Source: Syntrophorhabdaceae bacterium
GTDB taxonomy: Bacteria > Desulfobacterota > Syntrophorhabdia > Syntrophorhabdales > Syntrophorhabdaceae
Length of the DNA stretch: 64,000 nt
Assembly (NCBI GenBank): GCA_963666485.2
Contig: CAXXUO010000001.1
Location: 800,001-864,000, forward strand
Direction of reading: 5' to 3'
Positions within the stretch are counted from its first letter, which is position 1, and each line of letters opens with the position of its first letter. The position numbers were made by a program, and so were the translations under genes. Positions 20,127 through 32,301 of this stretch are shown here, piece after piece. The notes beneath the pieces are model-generated. The model ran no database searches and was not told the origin of the DNA. It saw nothing but the letters and a program-made list of their open reading frames with translations.

Positions 20127-22499
20127 ATGAAGAGGGTGCCGAAAAATGGGAAACCGTTGCTACCGGCTAAACGGAAGCCCGTTGATCAGGAAATGCTCGG
20201 AAGCGAAGCAAGGCTAAAGAGCATATTCCGCGCGGCGCCCGTAGGCATCGGCCTCGTGATCAACCGGGTCATTATGGAGGCGAACGATCTTTTGTGCAGG
20301 ATGACAGGCTATTCCAAGGAAGAATTGATCGGGCAGAGCGCAAGGCTTCTTTACCCTTCCGACGAGGACTTCGACTTTGTTGGGACAGAAAAATACCGGC
20401 AGATCGCCAATCGGGGAACGGGTTCGGTAGAGACCCGTTGGCGGCGAAAGGATGGAACCGTTATCGACGTGCTTCTGAGTTCCGGCGCACTGGATCCCTC
20501 CGATCTGTCGATCGGCGTAACATTCACCGCACTGGATATCACCGACCGCAAGCGTATGGAGAGTGCACTGCGATCGTCTCACGAACAAACGAGGATCGCC
20601 CAGGCGGCCGCTAATGCAGGCTTGTGGGACTGGGACATGCAGACGGGAAAACTGGAGTGGTCGGAACAGTTTTTTTCGTTGATCGGCCTGTCTCCCGCTG
20701 CCGAACCGTCCTTCGACACATGGTTAAAAGTAGTGCATCCTGAAGACCGGGAACCTGCCATGAAAAAGATACAAAAAGCCATTGATGAACATATACGGCT
20801 CGAGAATGAGTACCGGATTACAAGGTCCGACGGCGAGGAGCGTTGGCTAGCTGCGCTCGGTGACACGTTTTACAGTGATACCGGGAAACCCGAACGCATG
20901 ATCGGTATCTGCATCGATATCACCGAACGCAAGCGCATAGAGGAAGAACTGCGAACATCTCGCGACGAATTCGAGGCGCAGGTCTTAGAACGCACCGCGG
21001 AACTCAGGCATCGGGCGGAACTGCTCGACCTCGCACACGACGCCATCATTGTAACGGATATGGAGGGCCGGATCATCTTCTGGAACCGGGGCGCGGAAAA
21101 GATATACGGCTGGACGCCTGATGAGGTTGAGGGCTCGGTTATCTATGAACTCCTCAAGACCAGGTCCCTCCCGTCCTTTAATGATCTAAACAGCATCCTC
21201 CTGGATCAAAATACGTGGGAAGGCGAACTGGAGCATACCACGAAAGACGGCCGGACCTTGAGCATTCTCAGCCGGTGGGTTTTCCAGAGGGACGAGGCAG
21301 GGAACCCGATCGCTATTATGCGGATAAACCTCGACATCACGGCAGCGAAACAGGCGGAAGAATCCCTCCGCCAGGCCCACAAGATGGAGGCCATCGGCAC
21401 CCTCGCGGGAGGCATAGCCCACGACTTCAACAACATCCTTGCCGCCATCATCGGCTTCACCGAGATGGCCATAGAGGACGTGCCCGACCGCCCCCTGGTA
21501 GAGAGGAACCTCCAAAACGTCATGACCTCGGCCACGCGGGCACGGGAACTCGTGAAGCAGATCCTTGCCTTTTCCCGCAAGACGGGCTACGAGAGGTCAC
21601 CCATCGCCCTTACCCCCGTCGTGGAAGAGACGGTCAAGCTCCTTAGGGCCTCGGTCCCTGCCACGATCGACATGAAGTTTTCCGCCGGTGCCACCTCCGA
21701 CACGGTGACCGCCACCCCCGTCGAGGTCCAGCAGATCGTCATGAACCTCGCCACCAATGCTGTCCTTGCCCTGGAGGACCGCAAGGGCTCTCTCGTGATC
21801 GCCCTTTCCGACACCGACTTCGAACCCGACGCCTTTACCCTCGACCAGGCGTCCCGGGAGTACCTCCAGATCATGGTGAAGGACACCGGCGCGGGTATGA
21901 CCCCCGAGGTGATGAAACGTATCTTCGAACCCTTCTTCACCACCCGGGAGGTGGGCAAGGGCTCCGGCATGGGCCTCGCGGTAGTCTATGGGATCGTGAA
22001 CGACCTGGGCGGCACGATCGCCGTTGAGAGCGAACCGGGCAAGGGCTCCACCTTCCGGGCCTTCCTGCCGAAGGTGAAGGCAAAGGCCAAAGAACAGGTG
22101 GAACGGGTGGAACTGCCCCGGGGGAACGAACGGGTCCTCTTCGTCGACGACGAACCCCTGCTCGTTGACTGGGGTAAAGAGACACTGGAGAGACTGGGGT
22201 ATAAAGTAACGACTGCAACTGACAGCACAAAGGCCCTCCAGACCTTCTCGGCCGACCCCTCCCGGTTCGACCTCGTCATCACCGATCAGGCCATGCCGCG
22301 GATGGCCGGCTCGGACCTCTGCGCTAAGCTCCTGCGTATCAGGGGCGACATCCCTATCATCCTGTGCACCGGTCACTCGGAGACGGTATCGCCGGAGAAG
22401 GCCAGGGAGATGGGTATCCGGGAATTCCTCATGAAGCCCCTCAGGAGGAACGAACTGGCATCCGCCATCAGGAGGGTGCTGGGTGGAGACGGGGGATAA
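20127..22499 (+). CDS. Hybrid sensor histidine kinase (3 PAS, HisKA, HATPase, REC)
   Basis: PAS/PAC segments ending in DIT, H-box AHDFNN, G-boxes DTGAGM and GSGMGL, receiver VLFVDDE/TDQAMP. Start uncertain (20073-20127). Confidence 0.92.
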   Translation: MKRVPKNGKPLLPAKRKPVDQEMLGSEARLKSIFRAAPVGIGLVINRVIMEANDLLCRMTGYSKEELIGQSARLLYPSDEDFDFVGTEKYRQIANRGTGSVETRWRRKDGTVIDVLLSSGALDPSDLSIGVTFTALDITDRKRMESALRSSHEQTRIAQAAANAGLWDWDMQTGKLEWSEQFFSLIGLSPAAEPSFDTWLKVVHPEDREPAMKKIQKAIDEHIRLENEYRITRSDGEERWLAALGDTFYSDTGKPERMIGICIDITERKRIEEELRTSRDEFEAQVLERTAELRHRAELLDLAHDAIIVTDMEGRIIFWNRGAEKIYGWTPDEVEGSVIYELLKTRSLPSFNDLNSILLDQNTWEGELEHTTKDGRTLSILSRWVFQRDEAGNPIAIMRINLDITAAKQAEESLRQAHKMEAIGTLAGGIAHDFNNILAAIIGFTEMAIEDVPDRPLVERNLQNVMTSATRARELVKQILAFSRKTGYERSPIALTPVVEETVKLLRASVPATIDMKFSAGATSDTVTATPVEVQQIVMNLATNAVLALEDRKGSLVIALSDTDFEPDAFTLDQASREYLQIMVKDTGAGMTPEVMKRIFEPFFTTREVGKGSGMGLAVVYGIVNDLGGTIAVESEPGKGSTFRAFLPKVKAKAKEQVERVELPRGNERVLFVDDEPLLVDWGKETLERLGYKVTTATDSTKALQTFSADPSRFDLVITDQAMPRMAGSDLCAKLLRIRGDIPIILCTGHSETVSPEKAREMGIREFLMKPLRRNELASAIRRVLGGDGG

Positions 22500-22835
22500 C
22501 AGTCGTTGCAATCAAGGGGCAGCCTGTTACTATTGGCAATCCGTCCCTGCCTGGTTCCAATCAGCTATTTATTAGTAGGTGAAAGTGTTGATCGCCCGTC
22601 AACGGCGAACAACGAAATCGCGGCCGGAATCATCAATTAAACATTACTTTACAAACTCCTGAAGAGGTATAGTGCTGCGTTCCGTGACTGTTGAAGTGTA
22701 ACTATTTTGTAACTAATGACCCCTCAAATACCTCTCAAAATCCAACATAATCCAAACATCGTGACGCCGGGCAACCTGCTGATATAGATCATACTTCATT
22801 GATATAACTGATTATTCTCGAATCCGCTGTTTTGA

Positions 22836-22891
22836 ACTTAGGATCCAGCGGGTTACACCATAGGGGTTCAAGTCCCCTCTCTCGCATTCAA
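22836..22891 (+). repeat. att-like direct repeat 1 of the tRNA-Leu 3' half
   Basis: ACTTAGGATCCAGC...CTCTCGCATTCAA is identical to 19619-19674. Confidence 0.95.
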
Positions 22892-22972
22892 TAATAACAA
22901 TGGCCCGCAGCTTCTCATCGTACCCGGTGTTTTCCTTTTCGTTTCATGCCGATAATATGGTAATCTCTGGGT

Positions 22973-23021
22973 GGCGATGGGGTCCGCCTTTTAACCGCCT
23001 GCCCTGGCTAATGACTCCTAC
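22973..23021 (+). ncRNA. Fluoride riboswitch (crcB motif)
   Basis: GGCGATGGGGTCCGCC-TTTT-AACC-GCC(TGCCCT)GGC-TAAT-GACTCC-TAC. P1 GGCG/CGCC; pseudoknot GGGGTC (22979-84) with GACTCC (23013-18); short hairpin GCC/GGC. Extended -10 TGGTAATCT at 22958-66. Confidence 0.9.
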
Positions 23022-23076
23022 CTGTATCAGATCTCCTGTACGCTTGTTGTTTACGGGGACAATTTATGGGAGGAGC

Positions 23077-24762
23077 ATGTTGAAAGATCCTATAGCCAAC
23101 GCTGCTTCCGAGACGGTCCAGACTTCGATCGGCTCGATCCTGCAGACCATCAGGCACATATCCACAGAATTCAATATTGTATCTCTCGGGCGCCAGATCG
23201 CGGCATGCGAGGTGGTGTCTGTCGAAAACCCCGTCATTGACGTCGCCATACTCGGTCAGTTCAAGGCGGGGAAAAGCTCGTTTGTCAATAGCCTCATCGG
23301 GGTCCCGGTCCTTCCCGTGAGAGCGATCCCCGTGACCACTGTTATCACCCGTCTGAGCTATGGGCCCCGGCAGAGGTCTATCGTCACCTATTACGACGGG
23401 AAGGAGTCCGAGGTTGGCTTTTCGGAGATTGAGGAATATATCTCCGAGGCAAAAAACAGGGCCAACGAGAAGAATGTCGATGTGGTCGATATCGAACTGC
23501 CTTCCCTTGAACCTTACGCCGGGCTTCGTTTCGTCGACACCCCGGGATTGGGGAGCATTTTTAAATACAATACCGCGATCTCAGAAGAATGGCTGCCCGA
23601 GGTCGGGGCCGCCATCATTGCTATCAGCTCCGATAGGCCGCTTGCGGAAAACGACCTGAACCTGATCAGGGAACTCATGGAATTTACTCCCAGGGTTGTT
23701 CTGCTCCTTACGAAAGTGGACCTTCTTTCCCGGGAACAGCAGGAAGAGGTTATCGCATTCTTCAGGGACTCACTGAAACACGAATTCGGCAAGGACTTCC
23801 CGACACTCCTCTATTCGACGCTGAAAGATACGGAGCTCTATAAGCCCGCCCTGAATGAATTATTCCTTGACCTGTCCCGGAACCGCGACACGGAATTCAG
23901 AGGGATTCTCCACCATAAGGTCCGTTCACTTGCACGGCAATGCGTGAGCTATCTCGCCATTGCCCTCAGGGTATCCGAAACGGAAGACAAAGACCGCGAG
24001 GACCTGAAGAGGATCATTCTCGATGAACGGGTTAACTTTGAATTGATGCAGACAGAGCTTTCTCTCGTGGCGAGAGAGAACAAGGAAAAAACGAGGGAGT
24101 TCGTCGCCGGCTATCTTACCGCTACCCACAGGATGAAACTTGTCCAGAAGCTGACTGTCAGACTGTCCTCTGAAATGCCCCGGTGGAAAGGCAACCTCTG
24201 GAGGATCACCCGCCAGTACGAAGAATGGCTCATGGAGAATATGGTTGAGGAGATGGACCATATATCGAGGGCAGATTACAAGCATTTCTTTGGGACCCTC
24301 AGAAAAGCACACAGCAGCATATCCCGGTCCGTTGAACTCTTCAGGACCCTTCTTGACAAGAACATCGAAAAAGTGCTCGGGATTGCGCCGAACAGCGTCA
24401 ACTGGATCATTGAAGTATCCGAACCGGCCCATCCCGACGTCCAATTTACGAAGACCTTCGATTTCCACTTCGATACACTCTGGTTTCTGTTTCCCATGTT
24501 CATATTCCGCCGTGTTTTCGAGAAGCATTTTCTGAAGCAGATCGCCCGCGTCACAGACGTGCATCTGTCCCGTCTCGCCTATCAGTGGGAAGTCCGCATT
24601 AATAGAACCATAGACGAGATAAAGAAACAGGCATTGGAATATGTGCAGAATGAACTTTCAACGATCGATGCGCTGGTGTCCGGCAAAACAGGGCAGACGG
24701 AGCGGATCAAGGATCTGATAAGGGCCCTTGGGGAAAACATTGCCGTTATTGAGAAACTTTAA
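23077..24762 (+). CDS. Bacterial dynamin-like GTPase
   Basis: G1 GQFKAGKS, G2 PVTT, G3 DTPG, G4 TKVD, long helical C-terminus with hydrophobic segment LWFLFPMFIF. RBS GGAGGAG before ATG 23077. Confidence 0.85.
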   Translation: MLKDPIANAASETVQTSIGSILQTIRHISTEFNIVSLGRQIAACEVVSVENPVIDVAILGQFKAGKSSFVNSLIGVPVLPVRAIPVTTVITRLSYGPRQRSIVTYYDGKESEVGFSEIEEYISEAKNRANEKNVDVVDIELPSLEPYAGLRFVDTPGLGSIFKYNTAISEEWLPEVGAAIIAISSDRPLAENDLNLIRELMEFTPRVVLLLTKVDLLSREQQEEVIAFFRDSLKHEFGKDFPTLLYSTLKDTELYKPALNELFLDLSRNRDTEFRGILHHKVRSLARQCVSYLAIALRVSETEDKDREDLKRIILDERVNFELMQTELSLVARENKEKTREFVAGYLTATHRMKLVQKLTVRLSSEMPRWKGNLWRITRQYEEWLMENMVEEMDHISRADYKHFFGTLRKAHSSISRSVELFRTLLDKNIEKVLGIAPNSVNWIIEVSEPAHPDVQFTKTFDFHFDTLWFLFPMFIFRRVFEKHFLKQIARVTDVHLSRLAYQWEVRINRTIDEIKKQALEYVQNELSTIDALVSGKTGQTERIKDLIRALGENIAVIEKL

Positions 24763-24860
24763 TTGCTTGTTCATGCCTTTCAGTTCCGCGGCGAACTCAG
24801 CAATTTTCATTTCAGGCCTGGATCTTTGCCCGGTTCAGGCCTTCGATAAAGGATACACGT

Positions 24861-26054
24861 ATGGAACAACATTTTTTTGTGGCCGCGGTCTGGCTTGGCA
24901 TGGCGGTCTTTTCGGCGGCAATTGCGTATCATTTGCGGATTTCTATCGCGTTAATCGAGATATGCCTCGGAGTGGTGGCGGCGGCAGTCGCGGTGTGGAC
25001 CGGCAAACAGGAGGCCCTGGGCTCGAATCTCGACTGGTTGCGCTTCCTGGCATCATCAGGAGCGATATTGTTAACTTTCCTGGCGGGAGCCGAACTGGAC
25101 CCAAGGGTAATGCGAACAAAAATGAAAGAAGTTACGGTCGTTGGCCTCGTCGGATTCCTTGCACCTTTTCTCGGCTGCACGGCGCTGGCTTATTACGGAT
25201 TGAAGTGGAATGCGCAGGCGAGCTGGTTATGCGGCATAGCGTTGTCGACTACCTCGATGGCGGTGGTTTATGCAGTTATGCTTGAGACGGGATTGAATAA
25301 AACAAGTTTCGGCAAAGGCATCCTCGGTGCCTGTTTTATCAATGACCTGGGAACCGTTATAGCCTTAGGTCTCATTTTTGCGCCATTCACTTTTCGGACT
25401 CTCATTTTTGTCTCCGTTTGTGTGTTGGTGCTCGGGATATTGCCAAAGATAACAGACCTCATAACCCGTGTTTACGCTCATCGCACGGCTGCCATCAGGA
25501 CCAAATGGGTCATGCTCATCCTTTTTGGCCTCGGCGGCCTCGCCCTGTGGTCCGGCAGTGAGGCTGTGCTTCCCGCGTACATCATGGGTATGGTCATGGC
25601 GGGCGGCGCCGCAAGAGACACCCTCTGGATCCGCCGGCTGCGAACACTGACGATCGGCCTTTTGACACCATTCTACTTTCTGCGTGCCGGGACCCTTGTT
25701 TCTTTAAATGCCCTTGTAGCCGCACCCGCTCTTTTTCTACTATTGCTGGGCGGTAAAGTAGCTACGAAGACCATCGGTCTTTATCCCGTTATCGCCGGGT
25801 TCCGGAAAAAAAATAATGAACGGTGGTATTATACGCTTCTCATGTCAACAGGTCTGACCTTCGGGACGATCTCGGCAATATACGGGTATTCTCACGGCAT
25901 CGTGACGCAGGGGCAATACTCTTTCCTTGTTGCCGCTGTTATCGGAAGTGCCGTCATACCCACATTAATAGCCGGCCATGCATTTCTGCCTACGCATCTT
26001 TTACCGCACAAAGAACCGAAGATTCCCGAGGATGCTATGGATGAAGAAGGGTAG
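24861..26054 (+). CDS. Cation:proton antiporter (Na_H_Exchanger/CPA2-like)
   Basis: Polytopic membrane protein with FLAGAELD, ALSTTSMAVV, ACFINDLGTV and TPFYF. Confidence 0.82.
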   Translation: MEQHFFVAAVWLGMAVFSAAIAYHLRISIALIEICLGVVAAAVAVWTGKQEALGSNLDWLRFLASSGAILLTFLAGAELDPRVMRTKMKEVTVVGLVGFLAPFLGCTALAYYGLKWNAQASWLCGIALSTTSMAVVYAVMLETGLNKTSFGKGILGACFINDLGTVIALGLIFAPFTFRTLIFVSVCVLVLGILPKITDLITRVYAHRTAAIRTKWVMLILFGLGGLALWSGSEAVLPAYIMGMVMAGGAARDTLWIRRLRTLTIGLLTPFYFLRAGTLVSLNALVAAPALFLLLLGGKVATKTIGLYPVIAGFRKKNNERWYYTLLMSTGLTFGTISAIYGYSHGIVTQGQYSFLVAAVIGSAVIPTLIAGHAFLPTHLLPHKEPKIPEDAMDEEG

Positions 26055-26175
26055 GTCATTGGCCCGTCGTCTTTAATTATCCGAGGCCTTCTGCCCAAGT
26101 TTTATAAGACCAATGTCCTATTGACACCCTGGTTATCGCCGTAGTAAGAATTTCAAAAAAAAGAGGGGGCGGCTC

Positions 26176-27714
26176 ATGAAGATATTTTGCCAATGCCTGG
26201 TTTATTTCGTTTTGCTTACGATGATCTTAACTGCACCGACCGGAATTGGCGCACAAGAAAGCAGGTTACCATCCGCTTCACCAAAATATTCACCCAGCGT
26301 CCCGGCGAAGATCACGACGCCCGATACGGTCGAAACGCGCATTGGCACGCTGCGTTTCAAGGACGGCGCCCCCGATCCCGCGACCGTCCGGCTGGCCTAT
26401 GACCAGATTGATTTTAACCGCAGTGTCGAGGCGTTTTTGAAGGGTATATCGGCAACATCCGTTTATGCAGCATGCAAGGGTTTTGAAGAAGCGGGTATCA
26501 AGACGAACCAGGGTATCGGTATAACGGAAGACCTTCTCGATGCCCGTTCGCTGTTTTTGACACCCAACACCACCACCGTCTACGTCATGGCGTGTATGAA
26601 CCTGAAGGACGGGCCGATGGTGCTGCGGGTGCCGCCGCGGGTCCTGGGCCCCGTCGATGACGCAAATTTCGGCTGGGTAACAGACGTAGGATTGACAGGC
26701 CCGGACAAGGGGGCAGGCGGAGATTACTTATTCGTGCCGCCCGGTTACAAGGGACCCTTGCCCAAAAAAGGCTACCACATCGCCCGACCGGCCACCAACC
26801 GTTTGATCATCTTTTATCGCGCATTCGTTGAAAAGGGCAATGTCGCCGCGGCGGTGGCGGGTGTCAAGGCAAAAGCCGCCCTGTTCCCCCTGTCCCAGGC
26901 CGTCAAGCCGCCGGCAACTGCGTTCGTCAATTTTTCAGGCGTCAAATTCAACACGATCAGCGCCAATGACTTCAGCTTCTATGAGGAGTTGAACGCGGTC
27001 GTGCAGAACGAACCCGCCGATTGGGTGGATCCGGAATCGGTGGGCCTGTACGCATCGATCGGCATCCGCAAAGGGCAAGCATTCGCGCCGGACGCCCGGA
27101 TGAAAAAGATCCTGACGGAATCGGCTGCTGTAGCGAACGCAATAGCGCGCGCCGACGTTTTCGCCCCGCGTGATCCGCGGACCTTCATCTATCCCGACCG
27201 GCAATGGATAACACCCTTTGTGGGCGGCAGCTACAAGTTCATCGAAGGAGCAGAGCGACTTCTTGACGCTCGGACAATGTTCTTCTATTTCGCCACGGGT
27301 ATCACGCCTGCCATGAGCGAAGCGAAACCGGGCACAGGCTCTGCCTACGCAGGAGTATTCCGCGACTCGACGGGGAATTACCTGGATGGCGGCCGTACGT
27401 ACAAAATTACTCTGCCGGGACCGATCCCGGCGAAAGACTTTTGGGCTCTTACGGTCTATGACAATCAGACCCGTTCGCTTCTGCCCACAGACCAGAAAAA
27501 AGCAGGCATCGACAGCAATATGTCCGCCATCCGGAAGAATCCCGATGGCGGAGTCACCGTTTGGCTCGGACCTAAACCACCGGCCGGCCAGGAAGGGAAC
27601 TGGATCCAGACCATGCCCGGTAAGGGCTATAGTATCATTCTCAGGCTTTACGGGCCGCTCGAGCCATGGTTTAAAAAGACCTGGCGGCCGGGTGACCCTG
27701 AGGTGCAGCCCTGA
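26176..27714 (+). CDS. Exported DUF1254/DUF1214 family protein
   Basis: Signal peptide; LFLTPNTTTVY, GPDKGAGGDYL, FWALTVYDNQTRSL and LRLYGPLE...W are typical of the family. Confidence 0.8.
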   Translation: MKIFCQCLVYFVLLTMILTAPTGIGAQESRLPSASPKYSPSVPAKITTPDTVETRIGTLRFKDGAPDPATVRLAYDQIDFNRSVEAFLKGISATSVYAACKGFEEAGIKTNQGIGITEDLLDARSLFLTPNTTTVYVMACMNLKDGPMVLRVPPRVLGPVDDANFGWVTDVGLTGPDKGAGGDYLFVPPGYKGPLPKKGYHIARPATNRLIIFYRAFVEKGNVAAAVAGVKAKAALFPLSQAVKPPATAFVNFSGVKFNTISANDFSFYEELNAVVQNEPADWVDPESVGLYASIGIRKGQAFAPDARMKKILTESAAVANAIARADVFAPRDPRTFIYPDRQWITPFVGGSYKFIEGAERLLDARTMFFYFATGITPAMSEAKPGTGSAYAGVFRDSTGNYLDGGRTYKITLPGPIPAKDFWALTVYDNQTRSLLPTDQKKAGIDSNMSAIRKNPDGGVTVWLGPKPPAGQEGNWIQTMPGKGYSIILRLYGPLEPWFKKTWRPGDPEVQP

Positions 27715-27785
27715 TAGCACGATGTCCTTGATGGGCCGAACAAGAATAAGGATCTAAATTGATTTCAAGAAATATCATAACGCAA

Positions 27786-28247
27786 ATGCAAACCGGGGGC
27801 GGCAATATCGCGCGCGAGTACAAGACAATTATTGCGCTGCTTCTTTTAGCCATGCTCTGCATGACAGGAATAGCCGGGTATTCGGCAGACGCGGTGTCAG
27901 CTGAGCCATCACAAGCCGGAGGACCGTCTTTTGCACAAAAAGAGCTCAAGGTCATCGAAGGGCGCTGGGTCCGGCCGGACGGGGGATACATTCTCGAACT
28001 GAGGGACGTAAAAAAGGACGGAACAATTTCCGCGGCTTATTTTAACCCCCGGCCGATTAACGTCTACCGTGCCCGGGCGGACATAAAGAAAGGCAAGATC
28101 ACCGTCCGGGTTGAGTTGCGCGATATTAATTATCCCGGTTCGATCTACACGCTGCACTATGATCCGGGCCCCGACCGTCTGAAGGGAAAATACTTTCAGG
28201 CCGTGGAGAAGCAGACGTTCGATATTGAATTTGTGAGGTCCAGGTAA
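27786..28247 (+). CDS. Conserved exported hypothetical protein
   Basis: Hydrophobic leader followed by a beta-rich domain (GRWVRPDGGY, AAYFNPRPINV, NYPGSIYTL). Start uncertain. Confidence 0.7.
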   Translation: MQTGGGNIAREYKTIIALLLLAMLCMTGIAGYSADAVSAEPSQAGGPSFAQKELKVIEGRWVRPDGGYILELRDVKKDGTISAAYFNPRPINVYRARADIKKGKITVRVELRDINYPGSIYTLHYDPGPDRLKGKYFQAVEKQTFDIEFVRSR

Positions 28248-28279
28248 CCGGGTAAAACTTCTCATTCTTGTGGCTAAAT

Positions 28280-28309
28280 CATAGGGGTTCAAGCCCCCTC
28301 TCTCGCATT
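28280..28309 (+). repeat. att-like direct repeat 2 of the tRNA-Leu 3' end
   Basis: CATAGGGGTTCAAGCCCCCTCTCTCGCATT, 29/30 identical to 19642-19671. Confidence 0.9.
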
Positions 28310-28382
28310 AAACCGATATCACAGGACGGTCACTCTCGAATCGGGCACAACGATGAAGGGTTTATAGCGGCTTTTATACCGG

Positions 28383-28434
28383 TTGACGAACCATGAAGAA
28401 ATTGTTAGATTATTTCGGAATGATTCCTGATTAT
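28383..28434 (+). promoter_or_regulatory. Promoter and Fur-family operator upstream of the fur/perR-like gene
   Basis: TTGACG-N17-TAGATT (28383-28411), then GGAATGATTCCTGATTAT (28417-34), which is the reverse complement of 28921-28938. Confidence 0.7.
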
Positions 28435-28436
28435 TT

Positions 28437-28883
28437 ATGAGAAACGAATCGTACATTCAAAGACTGCGCGAGACGGGATTGAAGGTGACTCCGCAGAGAA
28501 TCGCCATCATAGATGCCGTTGAGAAATCAGGATATCTGCATCCGAGCGTCATGCAGATATATAAGGAAGCCAGAAAGAACAGCCCGAAACTCAGTCTGTC
28601 GACAACGTACGCGACACTGAAAGAATTGTCCCGGCTGCGCCTGATAAAAACACTGCAATTTGACAGAAAAGAGAACAGGTACGAGTTGGATCTGGAAGAC
28701 CATATCAATCTGATTTGTAATAGGTGTGGTAGAATAACTGATTATACGTCTTCCGAATCTGCCGACCGCGGAAAGATCCGGAAACGTACGGGATTCCAGG
28801 TTGTGGACAGCAGGATGGAATTTTACGGGATATGCTCGGAGTGCTCTTCCGGTACCAGCCAAGGAGGAGAGGAACGATCCTGA
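28437..28883 (+). CDS. Fur family transcriptional regulator (PerR/FurA-like)
   Basis: Motifs GLKVTPQRIAI, HPS and LSTTYATL, two CxxC (CNRC, CSEC); directly upstream of katG. Confidence 0.88.
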   Translation: MRNESYIQRLRETGLKVTPQRIAIIDAVEKSGYLHPSVMQIYKEARKNSPKLSLSTTYATLKELSRLRLIKTLQFDRKENRYELDLEDHINLICNRCGRITDYTSSESADRGKIRKRTGFQVVDSRMEFYGICSECSSGTSQGGEERS

Positions 28884-28920
28884 GCGGTAACCTTTAACGA
28901 AGTACAAAAATTTTTTCGTC

Positions 28921-28941
28921 ATAATCAGGAATCATTCCTGA
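28921..28941. promoter_or_regulatory. Palindromic operator upstream of katG
   Basis: TCAGGAAT-C-ATTCCTGA, a perfect 8-1-8 inverted repeat at 28925-28941. Confidence 0.75.
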
Positions 28942-31173
<2,232 letters not shown>

Positions 31174-31503
31174 TTGCCGTCTGCGGCGAGACGGGGTCAG
31201 CAAGCGGACATTATTTTACGAGATCGCCATCTACTACCCGGGTCGGTCCGGTATCAATAATAGACGCTCGGGTATCCCGGATGACGCCTGAAGAAACCCA
31301 CCCTTCCCCGGTGATCCCGGCAATGTCCTTGTAGCGTTCCGGTTGTGACTCTCTCCGGAAGATCCCCGTCTTCTCGCATTTTCCCTTTTGATTCCTTTTG
31401 GAAAAGAGTATAAAGATAACGATAAGTTGGAAAATACCCGCCAGATATATTAAATGCCAGGTGGTGACCGAATCTATTCAGACACGTAAGGAGGTTTTCT
31501 GCA

Positions 31504-32250
31504 TTGGATATTCCCCGGATCTTCAACGTCACCGAAAGTGCACACCGCATCCATGACCCGTTCACACCCGAAAAACTCGCCACTCTCGGCGCGGCGCTGC
31601 GCCTCGAAACGGGAACCCGGGTGCTCGACCTCGGCAGCGGTTCGGGAGAGATGCTGTGCACCTGGGCACGCGATTATGGGATCATCGGCACCGGCATCGA
31701 CATGAGCCAGCTGTTCACCGAGCAAGCGAAACTTCGGGCTGAAAACCTCGGTGTTGCCGATCACGTCACGTTCATCCATGGGGACGCCGCCGGCTTCGTT
31801 TCTGAAGAGAAAGTCGGTGTGGCAGCCTGTCTTGGGGCAACGTGGATTGGTGGGGGAGCCGCCGGTACCATAGAACTTCTGGCCCGGAGCCTCCGCCCCG
31901 GGGGGATCATCCTGATCGGCGAACCTTACTGGCGGCAGTTACCGCCGACGGAAGATGTTGCCAGGGGGTGTCTTGCCGGCTCAATCTCCGACTATCTCCC
32001 GCTTCCAAAACTTCTCGCTTCTTTCGGCCATCTCGGCTACGACGTTGTGGAAATGATATTGGCAGACCAGGACAGCTGGGACAGATACGAGGCCGCCAAG
32101 TGGCTCACTATGCGCCGATGGCTTGAAGCCAATCCTGACGACGAGTTGGCGAAAGATGTTCGAGCCCAACTGACCTCGGAACCCGAACGCTACGCCGCTT
32201 ACACGCGCGAATACCTGGGTTGGGGCGTGTTCGCGCTGATGGCGCGGTAA
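31504..32250 (+). CDS. Class I SAM-dependent methyltransferase (E. coli YjhP-like)
   Basis: Motif I VLDLGSGSG. N-terminus MDIPRIF...HRIH.PFT and C-terminus REYLGWGVFAL resemble YjhP from memory. TTG start after AAGGAGG. Confidence 0.85.
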   Translation: MDIPRIFNVTESAHRIHDPFTPEKLATLGAALRLETGTRVLDLGSGSGEMLCTWARDYGIIGTGIDMSQLFTEQAKLRAENLGVADHVTFIHGDAAGFVSEEKVGVAACLGATWIGGGAAGTIELLARSLRPGGIILIGEPYWRQLPPTEDVARGCLAGSISDYLPLPKLLASFGHLGYDVVEMILADQDSWDRYEAAKWLTMRRWLEANPDDELAKDVRAQLTSEPERYAAYTREYLGWGVFALMAR

Positions 32251-32258
32251 TCAGGCGA

Positions 32259-32301
32259 ACGTAGAATTCAGCGGGTTAACCAATAGGGGTTCACGTCCTC
32301 T
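32259..32301 (+). repeat. Degenerate att-like repeat 3 of the tRNA-Leu 3' half
   Basis: ACGTAGAATTCAGCGGGTTAACCAATAGGGGTTCACGTCCTCT matches 19619-19661 at about 35/43 positions without gaps. Confidence 0.7.

Larger units (their letters stand above)
19675..22891. mobile_element. Genomic islet 1 integrated at tRNA-Leu; no integrase
   Basis: Bounded by a 56-bp perfect direct repeat (19619-19674 and 22836-22891). IHF-like and arm-like sites occur at both ends. Confidence 0.7.

Noticed and set aside
22900..23076. N-terminal extension of the dynamin ORF given in the ORF track
   Set aside because: It overlaps the fluoride riboswitch and promoter, and a strong SD precedes ATG 23077.
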